DNA of 64,000 bases from the NCBI GenBank assembly GCA_951406725.2, contig OX597831.1, forward strand, positions 60,512,001 to 60,576,000. The letters are read 5' to 3'. Under the pieces are notes generated by a model, which did not search any database, was not told the DNA's origin, and worked only from the letters and a program-made list of their open reading frames with translations. The stretch comes from Octopus vulgaris. Lineage: Eukaryota. The position numbers and the translations under genes were made by a program. Shown here one piece after another: positions 29,361 to 44,720 of this stretch (its first letter is position 1; each line of letters opens with the position of its first letter).

Positions 29361-30754
29361 TTGCAAAGTTACATTAATAAACTCTCGAAAACTGAAGTCC
29401 CAATTCGGATTTGGTTGCTTATTTATTCCAATGAATTCTCCTGAGTTAATAGCTTTGCTTGTTTTTGTTCTATTTTTTCCTGAATTTTTCAAACTGTAAT
29501 GGTAATTGATGGACGCACTATATATACATATGCGTGTGTGTGTGCGTGTGTTTGTATGTGTTTGTGCATTTGTATTATATAGGGGAAACCCACCACACCT
29601 GGTGATTTGTACATCACAGAATAGCTCATCACATCATCAAATTCAGCTGCAAATGGTTTCTAGCACTTTAACTCTTTCTCCGATTGCTGAGTCAAACTAG
29701 AAAGCTTCAAAACAAGATGGGCCACAAATAGCTGGTTTTTAGTGCTGCCAAAATATTCGAGTCTGTTTGCAGAAAAAGCATACCGAGCTTGTCGACCATA
29801 GATCAAATACTATTTTTTCTTGCTGTGGTGGGTCTCGGCCGCATAGATTCCTCGGTTGGTTCTTGTACCTTCAAGCTTCAGTGCAAAAATTAATTTGGGT
29901 ATAGGTGTAGTTGGCTATGATTACGATGGAGTTAGCAACAAAGATGAATCTCATATTAGGTTGCATGAAACATAACGCTAACAATGATGATGAAAAGGTG
30001 GAGTGTGATGATCATGTGAAGGAGGGGAGGAGGAGGATAATTAAGATGAGGTTATGATGAGGAAGTTTCGAAGAGGAAATACTGTTGCTGATGAGGACGA
30101 TGATGATTATGATATCAATGATTACCGGATGGAAACGGAAAGAAATATGTCGGAGTTTCCATTAATGACTACAAATTACACAAAAATAATACGATTTTAT
30201 GCTTAATTCAGTTGGCTTTTTAAAAATCTATTTTATAAGCTCTAGTTTCCTTTCGAGAACCCATCTGCGAATAAGTACACACTAGGACATACACATGCGT
30301 ACGTTCATATATAGATACCAGGTAGAACACAAACGCTCAACGTAGCATGCATATATGTGCACAAATACAGCAACATACACACATCAACATACACAGACAC
30401 AGACACATATATTCACGTTTTGAAATATAACGTTCAACATACTCTATTTCTGTGCAAATTCCAAACATTATAAGTATATGTATTTGTTACGAAGTTCCAG
30501 AGGTAATATTTTAATATGTGACAGGTTCAATTCATATGAACTGCCCAAGTGTTTCACCGTTATTGTGCGTATGTGTATGACTCTCTATTTGATACCTGAA
30601 AATGCATATTCATATACATGCACCACCTTCACCCCCACATTTCAATATGTATGGATATACATAAAGATATACGCATATATTTATATATATACACACATCT
30701 ATACATACATATATACATATATATGTTTTATATATATACATATATATAGGTATG

Positions 30755-30799
<45 letters not shown>

Positions 30800-31634
30800 C
30801 CATATATATATGTGTGTGTTTGTATGCGTGTGTATATATATACAAAAAATATATCTATACACTCACACATACACACCTGTGCATGCATGTATATATACAC
30901 ACACACACACATATACATAGAGTGATATGTATTTTGCACGTATATTGATAAAAATATATTTGTATAGATATGTGTTTTTGTGTGCGTGTGTGGTGTGTGT
31001 ATATAAATATATTAGACATGTATATGAATGTGTGTGGCTTTATATGCATGTGTGGAAGTATGTTTGAGTGCAAATATGCGATCCTGTATCTATAACCTCA
31101 ATTTGTATGCGCGCGTATGCGTTTCTTAATGCTATATAAATGTAATTAAAATTGAAGTAAAAAATTCATTGGAACAAGATTACTAAAAGTTTAATTAACA
31201 CTGAACTACTGGTGGATATGTAATTACTAAGAAATCAATAGACAATAAATTTGAAATAAAACAACGAAGCGATACAATAAAAAAAAAAACTAAATTTAAA
31301 TCCGCATAAAATCATTCGTATTGTAGACGAGATAAAACTACACGAAAACAAATTCTATCAATAATTTTTCAGCTTTTAAGAGTGGCGTGGTGAAGATTGC
31401 TAGAGAGATAGCGAGAGAGAAATATAGACAGTCTCTGTGAGAGGTAATATCTGGATGATACATTTGTTTCACTTTCTATTGTCTTATCCTCTTTTTTCTA
31501 TATAATTTACTGTATTAATTTTAGTTATTTTTCCACGTTTTTGTTATATTTTTTACTTGGCTATTTCATTTTCCATGCATTTTATGTACATGTGCTATAC
31601 GGTTGTTCTTGTGATTTCGTTTTCTTCTTATATC

Positions 31635-31972
<338 letters not shown>

Positions 31973-32649
31973 TTGCCAACGTTGAATTTTTCATTGTTGT
32001 TAACTTTGTTATCGTTCTTCTAGTAGCAGTTGTTTCTCTTTAAAAATGTTTTCTTTATTATTTTTTCTACTACTTTACCACCGTTTATGATATATTCATT
32101 ATTGTTTGTGGTATTGTCTTTTCTGTAATCTATTTATATCTTTTTGCTTTTCATTATCCTTCAGTTTGCCTTTGCTACAGTTGTTAGCTCAGTTGTTTTA
32201 ATGGCAATATCTATTATTGTTATATATTTTTATCATATGCGCTATATTTTTGCTTGTTACTATTCTGTTTCATTCTTTGTTCACATCTGCTTATCATTAT
32301 TAGTGTTCTATTCTGAAATAAAATAGTATCACTAGTGTAGTGAGATGAAAAAAACAAAAAACAAAAGCAGATATGTACAAAAATACCGCAAATGCATTAA
32401 CAAAATTTCTTGATATTATAGCATAATTTCATTCCTTAAATCTGATTATCAAAAGGAAAGTCAAATTTTCTCACTTCCAACTGATTTTTCACTCAAATAC
32501 GCATATACCGACATGTATGATTGCATAAATATATAATTGCCGTAATGCATTTATGTATAAGTATTTATATACATATATGTATAGGTATATATGTATGTGA
32601 GCTTGTGATATATAGACAAATAAATGCATATTATATTATAATTGTCTGT

Positions 32650-32860
32650 AAGTCGGTAAGCTGGCAGGAACGTTAGCACGTCGGGCGAAATGCTTAGCGG
32701 TATTTCATCTGCCGCTATGTTCTGAGTTCAAATTCCGTCGAGGTTGACTTTGCCTTTCGTCCATTCGATTAAATATGTACCTGTTACGCACTGTGGTCGA
32801 TATAATCAACTTAATCCGTTTGTCTGTCCTTGTGTGTCCCCTCTGTGTTTAGCCCCTTGT
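32650..32860 (+). mobile_element. tRNA-derived SINE family B (Meta-domain-like)
   Basis: Head GGTAAGCTGGCAGGAACGTTAGC, B-box-like GAGTTCAAATTCC, then GTTGACTTTGCCTTTCGTCC (MetaSINE-like core). Confidence 0.85.
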
Positions 32861-32867
32861 TATATAT

Positions 32868-33025
32868 AGGGAGAGTTTACGGAACAAAACAAAAGACGAA
32901 CAAGAGTAGTGTACAAAACAAACAAGTATATTAGTATAACGCTCAGGAATAGAAAAAGTCTTTTACGTTTCGAACCTAGGCTCTTCTACAGAAAGGGACA
33001 CAGAAAACAAGGAGAGAAAATTATG
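32868..33025 (-). mobile_element. Short PLE-derived element with a hammerhead motif at 32960-32995
   Basis: Minus strand reads CTTT CTGTAGA AGAGC CTAG GTTC GAAACGTA AAAG. Confidence 0.7.
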
Positions 33026-33826
33026 TGTGTGTATACACAGAATTATATAATATTTTCCGCATTAAGCACAAGGCCCGAAATTATATATATATATAAATAT
33101 ATGTATGTGTGTGTGTGTGTGTATTCTAAATGATTAATACGGAATACTTGTTTTGAGGAATTTAATACCTACATCCAGTAAGGGAAAGGAACTCCTCCAG
33201 ATGACAACTGATAGCAGCATGAACGTGCTCTGCAGGCACACTACAAGGGGCAATCACATGTACCTAGTTGTAGGCTGATAAAGCACATGAATTGGTGAGA
33301 CGCTTCTTCACCGGAGTATGCACCAAAACTAGTTTTACCGTTTCCAAACAACGAGGTATCGATGTAGGATGTGTCGAAACGATCGTGCTGAGCAATAAAG
33401 TTTGCCGTTTATTCAATTTTCCTTCTCTATCATTTCTTTGTATATACATGCAGAAAAAAAAAACTTGCGTTTCGTTGACACACCTCAGGAACCCACGAAT
33501 TAACAGAGACACTAATGATGTACGTAGCTATAGTTATATATATATACATATGTAACTAATTTTATCTGTATAAAATATTCATACCATGTCTCTGATGATG
33601 CAATACCAAGTGCAGAAATATGATAGCTTGCTATTTGGGTTATCACAGAAAGGCCTGTAAGATTTCAAATTCACCTTATCCTAATTAAATTATTCTAAAT
33701 GACTTGAGATATTCGTTCTGCCTTGGTTTTGGCTTTTCCTCTAATATCATAAATACCTGCTATAAAGGAAACCTAGATCCAGCGTTAGCTGTGATATTGG
33801 AACCTCTCATATCTTCTCGTTTTCTG

Positions 33827-33930
<104 letters not shown>

Positions 33931-34170
33931 GAGCTTGCGCTGCTCGTGAAGTTTGCAATATAAACACTACCATATATATTTTAAATTCAGAAGATTAAAA
34001 ATATGAACTTCCTTCAATCTTTTTCCCTTTCTCTCAAAAACTCTTCGTCTATCTATATCATCTATCTATCTATCTATCTCTCTCTCTATATATATATATA
34101 TATATCTTTCTATGTATGTTTGTATATATGTATGTATGTATCTATCTATCTATCTATCCATCTCTCTCTA

Positions 34171-34240
<70 letters not shown>

Positions 34241-34272
34241 AGGATGAAAAGGGACACACGAGTTGATACATG

Positions 34273-34602
34273 TGGAAAAACAGGTCAAGATAGAAAATGC
34301 TAAAACAATTTTATAAAGAACATTTCAGTACCGGTTTCAGACATTGAGGCTTTTTCAATTGTAACAATTGAATAATTAAATTTAGAAAAAGTAAAAGAAA
34401 AGATTTTTAAAAGAATATTTGCAGTGTTCAAATACAAGTGGAATTTTCCTTGTTTCTGCCTGTGTTTGTCTCTCTTGTTTACTCTTTTCTTTTAATTTTT
34501 CTTGTAATTTTTCTAAATTTAATTATTTAATTGTTACAGTTGAAAATGTGTCAATGACTGAAATTTTCTTTAAAAAATGATGGTCTATCTTGAGTGGTTT
34601 TT

Positions 34603-34605
<3 letters not shown>
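34273..34605. mobile_element. Fold-back element with a variant hammerhead in the left arm (34326-34361, minus)
   Basis: Arms tggaaaaac...tttagaaaaa and tttttctaaa...gtttttcca. Motif CAA TTGAAAA AGCC TCAAT GTCT GAAACCGGTA CTG. Confidence 0.75.
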
Positions 34606-34652
<47 letters not shown>

Positions 34653-35817
34653 TATTTCATTCTATTTCATTTCACTACCTGTCACTGATTTCTTTTTCCC
34701 TTATTGTATGAATCAATCGTTTAAGAAAAATGATTTTTCTTTGTAACTAATAGGGTGTTTTTATCTGTTTTGGTTTATTATTTGTTTCCTGATCAACATC
34801 CTGTTCTTTTCATCCTTTCTTATATACACCCTCATAGGTATTCGTTTTTAAATTTGTTTCGTTTTCGCTGTCAACCCTTAAGTTTGAACTAATATTTACT
34901 TTTATGAATACACTTGAAATCTACTTTAACACTACGAATACACAGAAAATCTAATTATGTGTAATATCTCTACTACAACCAAGTAGTGTTCACAAATAGA
35001 ACAATGGACTGTAATAATATTTTGAACCAAAGATAAAGAGCCATTTCAATTTATGCACTGATTCCCAGCAAAACATCAATCTCTTGTGTGTGTAATCCCA
35101 CTCCGGAATTTCAAGGAATTTGTAAGCTTGTCTGCGAAAAAGGCATCACTGATGTCTGAATAAAAAGCTAGAAAAATGGGAGATACATTTGGGATGGACG
35201 TTTTAGAGAGAAGCAAGCCCTAGGCACATGGAAATTTAACTCATCCTGGATTACATATATTTGAATTACAAACCCCGTATGCAAAGAAGAGTTTAGAGGC
35301 CATAATATGTACTGTCGGATACAGGTCAATTAGTTTCAAAAGAGATTCATCTTCTACTTTTTCTTCGCCTTAATATTGCTGTTTGTATTTGAGTACAATA
35401 CAAGTATAATTACAGTCCATTTTCCCCCCACAGCCTTCTTTGTAACTTGAATTTCATCAATAAAATATTCTAATTTATCTGGCTTAAACTTAGTCTTCCT
35501 TTCTCTTAAGCAATTTGATATATACTCGTTTCTTGCAACTTGGCTTTCAATTATTTTACTATCGCCACTTACAAAGTCTTCACCGCACAAAGGTTCCTTC
35601 ATTCAAATCGCCTACGTGGATGAGTTCTCAAACACCTTTATCATCACTAATACATTGTCCCTAAAAATATAGAAGTATTCTTTCTCATCGCCAAATCTAA
35701 TTTATGACAATCATCTTTTTCTACATCTGTTTATATGACTTACAATTATCTTACGATAGTGACTTCATGTTTTACACGTCAGTAACAATGTCTGAATTAT
35801 GTATGCGTAGTTACCTA

Positions 35818-36305
35818 CATACTTACTTGTACTTGTGACGACGTTAACCCAGGGCGGGTTGAGCCGGCTTCTTCTCTGGTCCTGACGGCATCACAAACCA
35901 TGGCGGCCCATGTTCGACGGTCCTGTGCAAGGTCACTGGAGATAGCGAGCCATTCGCGGTTTCATATGATTCATAGAAGAAAATTCATGGCCATATTGAA
36001 TTCACAAGTTGTCCCCGATATCCCGCAGGCATATCCCGAGTGACGGGATGCCCTGTTTGCCGCGGAGTCTCAAGAGACGCAGGGACAAAACACCCTCGAA
36101 GCCACAGGTTGCCGATGAGACTCCTCTTTGAATTTTCACCAGAGCCCCGTTTGCCAGTCTGCGGCCCTAATACCACTCGGGGCCAGACCAATCCGCCTTG
36201 GGTAGCCCTACGAGGAACCGAAGTTCCCGACATCATAGCTCTGACACTGCTCGTTTACACCACCCTACCGCTTTGAGGAGGGGTTGGACTTTAGGGTTGG
36301 TAGTT
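35818..36305 (-). mobile_element. Non-autonomous RTE-derived element, copy 2
   Basis: Reverse-complement homology to 12092-12497 at both ends; the middle differs. Confidence 0.8.
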
Positions 36306-37326
36306 ACCTACTGCTTACTGAAAATATTTGCAGACCTCAGTTTTCTAAGGAAACAAATTATGATTTGTGCATCGTTTTGCATTTAAAATTCTCTCAACAA
36401 CTAAGATATTTTCAGGCATTTCAATTCTGTTATAGAAAGTTCTCTATCATCATTCATATTTTTATAAACACAACTCATCTGCCTTATCTTCCATTCTTAA
36501 TCAATATTGCATCCACTTATATGATCACTGATTCTTTTGCTTTGTTACGTCTTTGCCTGGCATAAACTAAATCCTACGGTTGAAACGCCTGCTAATGTAA
36601 AACAATCTGATTGATATTGTGTAAACATTGTGTAAAGATTTTAAATATTAAATATAGATGCACTAATTCTTACAGGCCATAAAAAACATACACTGACACG
36701 TGCATGACAAAGAGGATTTTACGAAGGAACTAACACAACACTGCTACATTATTTATTAAGCATCATACACACATTTTAGTACCAGAAATTACATTACCTC
36801 TGAACAGTTAACAGTATTAAAAAACTAGTAGCCTGTGCATTCTGCTTGAGAGCACTTCTAAATCGATATTTTGTTTATAATAATGCTATTAATGAAGACG
36901 CCTTCATTTTCCATCTAAAGAGGGAAAATAATAACTGTTTGACTAGATTCCACGTAACGGTAAACAACAGCCACCAAAGGCAATGTTTAGTGACTTTGCT
37001 GGTTCTAACGTTTGACTGCAATATGCAAACAATTGGATTACAAACGAAATATCATCATTGTCAATTTCACATACTTGTCCCAGAACACTGTATTATTGAC
37101 TTATTTACAAATTATATCTCTCTATACTACTATCCTCTTCACATTATCCCTATACGTTCATCCTTATCAAGACTTACCAATTTCTTACTGTTTCTGCAGG
37201 AACCCAGTGTTCCAGAAATTACAGCAGCGTAATCGCAGAGTAGAGAAGAACAATACAAAATAATATAAAATAAATACATAATTTTCGTCGTATGTTTGCA
37301 TGCGTGTTTATACATAGATGTATATA

Positions 37327-37456
<130 letters not shown>

Positions 37457-37462
37457 TATATG

Positions 37463-37765
37463 TGGAGGTGCAATGGCCCCGTGGTTTGGGCAGCGGACTC
37501 GCGGTCGTAGGATCGCGGTTTCGATTCCCAGACCGGGCGTTGTGATTGTTTATTGAGCGAAAACACCTAAAAGCTCCACGAGCCTCCGGCAGGCGGGGGG
37601 TTTTCCCTGCTGTACTCTTTCACTACTTTCTCCCACTCTTTCTTCTGTTGGCCTGCTCGCTTAGCCAGCGGGGTGGCGTCATTCGAAGGCTAAAACAATG
37701 CAAACGCATTGTGACCAGCGATGTGTAACTACATCTGATGAACTGGCCGGTCACGTGGTCACGTG

Positions 37766-37767
<2 letters not shown>
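37463..37767 (+). mobile_element. SINE family A, apparently full length, 3' module type 3
   Basis: TGGAGGTGCAATGGCCCCGTGGTTTGGG...GGTTTCGATTCCCAGACC head; flanked by (TA)n. Confidence 0.92.
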
Positions 37768-37817
<50 letters not shown>

Positions 37818-37912
37818 GCACATATAATAATAATAATTATTATTTGAGGGAATATTATTCCTAACTTACAGGGAAAACTTCAATTTAGAAAAAAATAAAT
37901 CAAATTTCACAA

Positions 37913-37990
<78 letters not shown>

Positions 37991-37994
<4 letters not shown>

Positions 37995-38259
37995 GAAAAA
38001 ACAACTTTTATCAATTCAAAATGAAGAATTAAATTACGCCATCTAGAAAATTACATATAAAATAACAATAATATACCGATGATTACATATATTGCAAAAT
38101 AATAGTAAAAATATATACGCTTTTATTATTATTTTGCAATTTACTTAATCATCGGTATATTATTGTTATTTTAATATTAATATTTCTATTATATGTAATT
38201 TTCTAGATGGTGCAATTTAGTTGATCATTTTGAATTGATAAAAGTTGTTTCTTACTAAT
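37991..38259. mobile_element. About 270-bp palindromic fold-back (MITE-like) element
   Basis: attagaaaaaacaacttttatcaattcaaaatga... pairs with ...tcattttgaattgataaaagttgtttcttactaat around a centre near 38115. Confidence 0.85.
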
Positions 38260-38299
38260 TTTTACACACGCACACAACACACGCACACACACACACATA

Positions 38300-38357
<58 letters not shown>

Positions 38358-38358
38358 T

Positions 38359-38395
<37 letters not shown>

Positions 38396-38917
38396 GGGAA
38401 ATGTGTTGTTGAAAATGAACCTAAATTTCAAAAACACGTAATCGTTTAAAGTACATTTTTTACATACGTACCAAACTAGTTTCAACAATATTGTTTTGTT
38501 TATGAATGGTAAAAATTTAAAATTATGTATTAGATAATCATCTTTAAAGATTCAATTTTAACAAATTAAAATAGTTCAATGTTGACAAATTAACCTGTTC
38601 AAAACAGACAACTTTAGCATTATGAATTAGGAGGACAGGTGCAATCAATAATATTAAAACTGAATATCAATTTTTTTTTTTAATGTACAAAGTTCATTAA
38701 TGCTAGTGGTAATCGACAAGTCATAATGAATTCAAAGGTGAATAAACAAGGAAGGAATGGAAATAGTAAAAAAAATAGAACTTGGTTTACAGTTTCTCTG
38801 ATCCTCTTTCCGTAGACACTTTCACTTTTAGTATTATGTTTTGGGATCAAAAACATTTATAATATTTGTTATGCAGCAACATCTCATAGCCTGGTCAGTC
38901 ACGCTGACGGTGATATA

Positions 38918-38982
<65 letters not shown>

Positions 38983-38986
<4 letters not shown>

Positions 38987-39720
38987 AGAATCAAAATGTT
39001 TTACGCATTCTTGATTTTTTTATGTATTTACACAAAAGTAGGGGATAAGGAAGTACGTCGTTCTCCTATATAGTCTTCCTGTTTGATGTACTTGATCCTG
39101 TGGTACACAAGCTTGCGTATTCTCTCGAAGAGGATTTCCAGTTTGTCTCTACCGTTTCCTTGACATCATCATGCGTAGGAAATCAACGATCTCGTATATC
39201 ATCTTTGAGCGGATCAAAGATATGATAGCCAGAAGGGATGAGATCTGGGCTGTAGGTAAGGAGTTTCTGCACCTCAATTCTAATCGGTTAATGCTTTAAA
39301 CGGGGTTGGGGTGGGGTGGGGGCGTGCATTTTCATGCAACAAAAGAAACGTTTCTTCGACAATAGGCTTTGTCGTTTGGTGAGAACTGCTCAGCAATGTA
39401 TTGTATCTTGCACAATCAGAGGTGGAGCTTGACGGGCGTCCTGCTCCTAATTCGTGCTCACTTAGAAACTTATCGACTTATCCATACATCACTTCTACGC
39501 GGTAGTGCACTATCTCCGTGTTGTGGTAAAATCTTCCGATGTATTTCAGCTCCTGACACAATTTCCGACAAGAGAAATCGTTGGTACACATTGCTAGGGG
39601 AGCGGTCATTCTTACACTGTAAGGTGTAAAAGAAAAGAAATGGTGCTACCGGGCTCAAACGTCGATAGCATCAGAGCAATAGTACCAATTAGAAGTACAC
39701 ACGCGCAGAAGGTAGTGTAA
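38983..39720 (-). mobile_element. Internally deleted mariner element (DD34D type)
   Basis: N-terminal RFLLSEIVSGAEIHRK...HGDSALPRRS, then LLHENARP and YSPDLIPSGYHIFDPLK. One TIR-like end lies at 38983 next to (TA)n. Confidence 0.88.
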
Positions 39721-39726
39721 GCCTAC

Positions 39727-39882
<156 letters not shown>

Positions 39883-39923
39883 TATACACGCACACACATA
39901 TATATATATACACAAACATTTTA

Positions 39924-40066
39924 AAGGGAGATGGGCGAAAAGGACCTTTCTCCAGCATGCCTGAAGTGCCGATAAATTCAAAAACTACCAAAAATGCCTG
40001 CTAGTTCTTGAAGGTGTCGGCACTTAAAGCATGCTGGAGAATGGTGGTTTTCGCCCGATCTCCCTT
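39924..40066. mobile_element. 143-bp palindromic MITE-like element
   Basis: aagggagatgggcgaaaa...ctccagcatgc..aagtgccga pairs with tcggcactt..gcatgctggag...ttttcgcccgatctccctt. Confidence 0.85.
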
Positions 40067-40578
40067 GATATATATATTTTTAATTTAATATAGTAATTGA
40101 TTATAAATTTTTATATCATGGTGACTACTTGATAAAACTCATTAACGTGAGTTTTATATATGTGTGTATATGCAGTCTCATTGAAATATGGACAAATCGT
40201 CTGAGCCAAGTTTTGATTGATCCATTTCGAGGTAGGTGTAAGGTGCATATATCTGACAATGCCAAAAGTACTAACTAACATTGCCACTGCAACTACTGCT
40301 ACGATGACCATCAACATCTCTGCTACTGCTGAATGCTGCTACTAATAGTAATACTACTAGTGCTCCTACTATGCTGATTCTACTAATAAAATAAGTACTA
40401 CTAACTAGATTAAGTACTATTGCTTCTATTAATAAAACTGATGCTGGTGCAAATAACTAATGCATCTTCTTCTTCTTCTTCTTCTCGTCCTCCTTCTTTT
40501 CTTTCATCTCCTTCATCTCCCACATTTTTCTACTTTTCTCCTCTGTCTTTGTCGATTTCTCTTTCTATTTTCCTTCTT

Positions 40579-40627
<49 letters not shown>

Positions 40628-40808
40628 GTACCAACATCGGCATTTCCCAATAATCTGAAGAATCTTTTGTCCTCCAAGGTAAGCAGCACTTAATGATCTT
40701 ACCAGCGAAAAGAGTAACCATGACAGATTAATTCTGCATCGCAGACAAGAGAATTGAAGTAATGTAATAATGCTATATATATATATATATATATACAGGG
40801 AGAGGGAG

Positions 40809-40896
<88 letters not shown>

Positions 40897-42559
40897 ACAA
40901 AAATCTATGCAAAATAAATTAATCTAAAGCAAAGTTAAACCCACATAGCTTCCCAAAAATCAATATGGTTCAGTTTTTCAAAGGATTTCGTATCCGAATT
41001 TGGCAGCTGTCGTATTTTAAGAAATTTATTCTGCTATAATTTTCTTGGCTTCCAGAATAAAAACCAACTGTATATACATAATTTCTTCAAAGCCGTTTGA
41101 TTTCTTTTCTTGCATTTACCAGAATTTGGCATCAGTTAAGTATATATATTTTGTTGATTTTGTTGCCGTCCTCCTACAAAGAGCGAGATTGATTATTACA
41201 ATGATTAGACTAAATTACAGTTGTGCAATTCTATTGTTTATCGGTCATGTTGTAACGTAGTTTAATGTTTATGTTATTTTAAGAACTAGCGAGTGATTTG
41301 AATGTTAACGCAGCCAGTACTGTTAGGTCAGATTCTTCGAAAAACATCTTTCTTTTATGGTTGCAGTCACAGTCTTATAAGTCTGCTTTTTTTGTAAAAC
41401 GAAAAGTAAAACATTCTTTTTTAGTTAATATTGTCAATCTATACTGGACGATCTTGATTTAAAACTGAACAAAATTAAACAAAACAATATCTAGCGGACG
41501 AATTTGTGGTTTATAATGAGTTAAACTATATACGTATGTAATTATTATAACTATGTAGAGCACATTGAACTGATAAAGTCCTCTGTAATTTTTTACAATA
41601 ACTTCGGGCTATTGAAATATGTCTAAATTTAGCTTGTTTTAATAAGGAAATACAAAAACGCAGAAACATTCAACATTTTAATTCTATACCTACAAAACAG
41701 ATTGTACTTTTATTTCTGATTATTGATTCTATTTAGAATTTTAGGTTTATCTTTTTGTTTGATACGAATTAGCAATTTAGAAAATTGCTTTGTATCTCTA
41801 AGAGGATAATTTTAGTAAATTATCCTGCCATTGCTACTACTTTGAGAATGCCTGTAACACAGTTGCGTCTTTTATGCAATGAATAGCTTTTGGGTAATAT
41901 TCCAAGTTACTGTTCTAATATGCAATTCCTCACAGCAGTGATTCTTTTGAAATAATCTTTCTATGCTAATGTAGGCATTCTACAATATTCATGAAGATTT
42001 AGACAATCTTACGCTTGTTATTTCTAAAACAACGAGAACGTATCTCACATAATCAAAATGATATGAGAATGATCAGATTCACTTATCAAAGAATTCCTTA
42101 AACTAACTTTAAGTAATAGTTTCGAATTTTGGCACAAGATAAGTAAATATGGGGAAATCGATTAGTTCAACCAAAGTGCTTAAGTTATCCTGCAAATTGG
42201 GAGCATTTTACATTAAAAAGATGAGGCAAAGAAATGAGAGAGGAGGAGGATGTGATACAGAGTACAATGATATATAAAATATGTAAAAATATAACTGATA
42301 AATATTTCTGTTACAGAAGAGTCTCCAACTAGAGCCACTTAAGGAACCCAATAGATGTACGATTTCCATGGTCCTCAGTGGCTTAACACATCATCCAACT
42401 TTTGTCTTCTAGCCCATTGTTGCATGCATAGAATAGTTCCATTCATACTAAGTATTTTGCCAAATTCACCCATATATATTAGAACGGGCAGGGCAATTTA
42501 CTTTCACTATCACTTTCCTTTCTAAGTGAAGTTTCACCAAATTACACGTGTCAGTTTTC

Positions 42560-43300
42560 AAACATCACTCGTTCGGCGCAAAATATCTCCGCTCAAAGTG
42601 AGAGCAAATGAAATGAAACTAAAACTAGAAAGTAATATAAATCTCACAAAAAACTGCGAACACATTTCCCCAACAGGAGCTACTATTAAATAATCTATTC
42701 AATAGCGATACTAGTAAATGTCGAGTCTTTTCGCTAAGACATATGTTCTTCCTCAAGGGACCTTCTCCAATCTATAGGCGCATTCATTCGGATTGTATTC
42801 ACCATTTTCACTCGTCTATTAAGGTACCTCAACATGTATTTTAGTTATGACGTTAAAATTCAAAATATTCCCAATCCCCCCCATATAACACAACATTTCT
42901 CCCCCAGGTAGCTAAGCAAATAATGACAAACTGTGTTTTCCAGTCAAATGAAGACAGTACGACAATCTTCACAAAAATGTAGCGGATTCCTGGATCCATT
43001 GTCCACATGATAGCCGCTGTTCAACACACCATCACAACTCTTCAAACACGAAATTTAAATGATTGCATGTAGAATATTTTATTCTTTCTGTGCACATCTC
43101 AGACATGCAGGTTTCGATCATTTTGGTGTTATTGAGATGTTGAGTGTTACATTCCAAACCAACTGTTGTTTACAAATTCACAAAGACTTTTTTTATGCAT
43201 TCTGTCATTTCAACTCTTAAATTTTCATAGTGTATCCCAGCAGTATTATTGCTGGCTTATGCAATGACTTAAGATGAACAGAAATGAAAGCTGATGCATA
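42560..43300 (-). mobile_element. Degenerate LINE reverse transcriptase fossil
   Basis: Minus-strand remnants in RT order: TAGI..ENL, VFI.L...V.H..L, RYLNRR...V, VP*G (GVPQGS-like). Confidence 0.4.
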
Positions 43301-44449
43301 ATAGTCTGCATTCTTTCATTTCTAGGCGAAAAGATTTCCGTTCAGAATTAAAGTTATTCGTAATGCTCAAAGTTTCAGCTCGGTTCTGCAGAACAAAGTA
43401 AACTATTTGACGTTCGATGTTTTTGTGAGAGTAACATAATTTATGTTAAATGCTACTAGGGGTTCCATGCATATAAAATAGATTTGTATAATTACTACTC
43501 TGTTCTCTGTCGGTGTTCTTGTAGTAGATATGTTTGTAACAAATATTTAACGTTTAGACATATATATCAGTGATAGCCTTTTCTCGTATCGCAGATATTC
43601 AGACTTTGTAGTTCCATTCAGGCGTGATTTGTTCATCAAATTGTTAGAAGTTAGGATATTATTGCAATGTGTTTGCCACATAGAAGTAAGTAATTATCTT
43701 TGTTCACTCTACTTGACACTTATGCCACTTATAGTGTTGTCAATCTTTTATGTTAAGCATCTAGATGTTAGATCTTCAAAGGAATTTGTTTTCAAAATGG
43801 TCTGGCTGCGAATGTGTTTGATTTTACTTTGAATATTTCATGATCGTAATATATCAGAACACGTAGAAGATGGCATGAGTTAGAAAGACTGTTTTAAAAT
43901 TAATAACTCTTTTCTAAATTCGTACATCACGATCAATAGTCTATTCAACGCAGTTCGTGTAACGTACAGTTTTTGATTGCCAGTCACATTGTGTATCGTT
44001 TGGTTGCTTCAATAGTCGACCTACCTTATTAGGTCAGGGAAATATAGAGATAACTAAATTGTCCAATCAAGTTTCAATCAACAAACAATTACTTCAAAAT
44101 TTCTTTCCTTGTTCCAGGTTAGAAGATATTATATTTAATATAATCATCATTATAATTATCATCATCGTCGTTTCCATCGTGATACTCCTCCTCCCATCCC
44201 CTTCATCGTGATAATCCTCATCGTCGTAGTCGTCGTCGTCGTCGTCATCCTTCATTTTTAATAAAGTGGATATGACCTAAGAGTTTCTCTTCGTTATTTT
44301 ACTCGATGCAATAGAAATTTCTCCCGAACATAACAGCATACATATTGTATGCTCTCCTCCAAGCTCTGAACGAAAAAATGACAGTTTATGTATTATTGCT
44401 AAACAAAATTCTTATTTCCCTGCACCGCAAAATATAACGTAAATGAACA

Positions 44450-44720
44450 GAGAAACGCAGCCTTTTCTTACTCTAACTGATAAGATGGGACCTTTTTATC
44501 ACTATGAACAAGTGTGCGCACACGCGTATGACTTCGGATTCAAAACAAAACAAAATACGTTGTCTGTTGCTACTTGTTTCTTCAAGAGGAAAACTCTAGA
44601 TAAGAAACATTTTTCTCCAATAGAGTCGTTAATGATTGCGGCACCAAACATGTGCAATGTCACTCCTTCCACAATCAGAAATAACGTACCTATGCTTCTT
44701 CACAAAACATACGTTTTTTT
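44450..44720 (+). mobile_element. LINE (CR1/L2-like) ORF2 3'-end fossil
   Basis: SLMIAAPNMCNVTPSTIRN resembles SF...AP.LWN.LP..IR. Confidence 0.4.

Noticed and set aside
33349-33390. Hammerhead remnant GAAACGATCGT
   Set aside because: Only the palindromic stem III is recognisable; the core and cleavage site are missing.
33588-33630. CTGATGA TGCA...TGCA GAAA hammerhead
   Set aside because: The core and stem II fit, but stems I and III do not pair; at best a decayed copy.
37463-37540. tRNA gene
   Set aside because: It has A/B boxes but runs on into a SINE body present in four copies; it is a SINE head.
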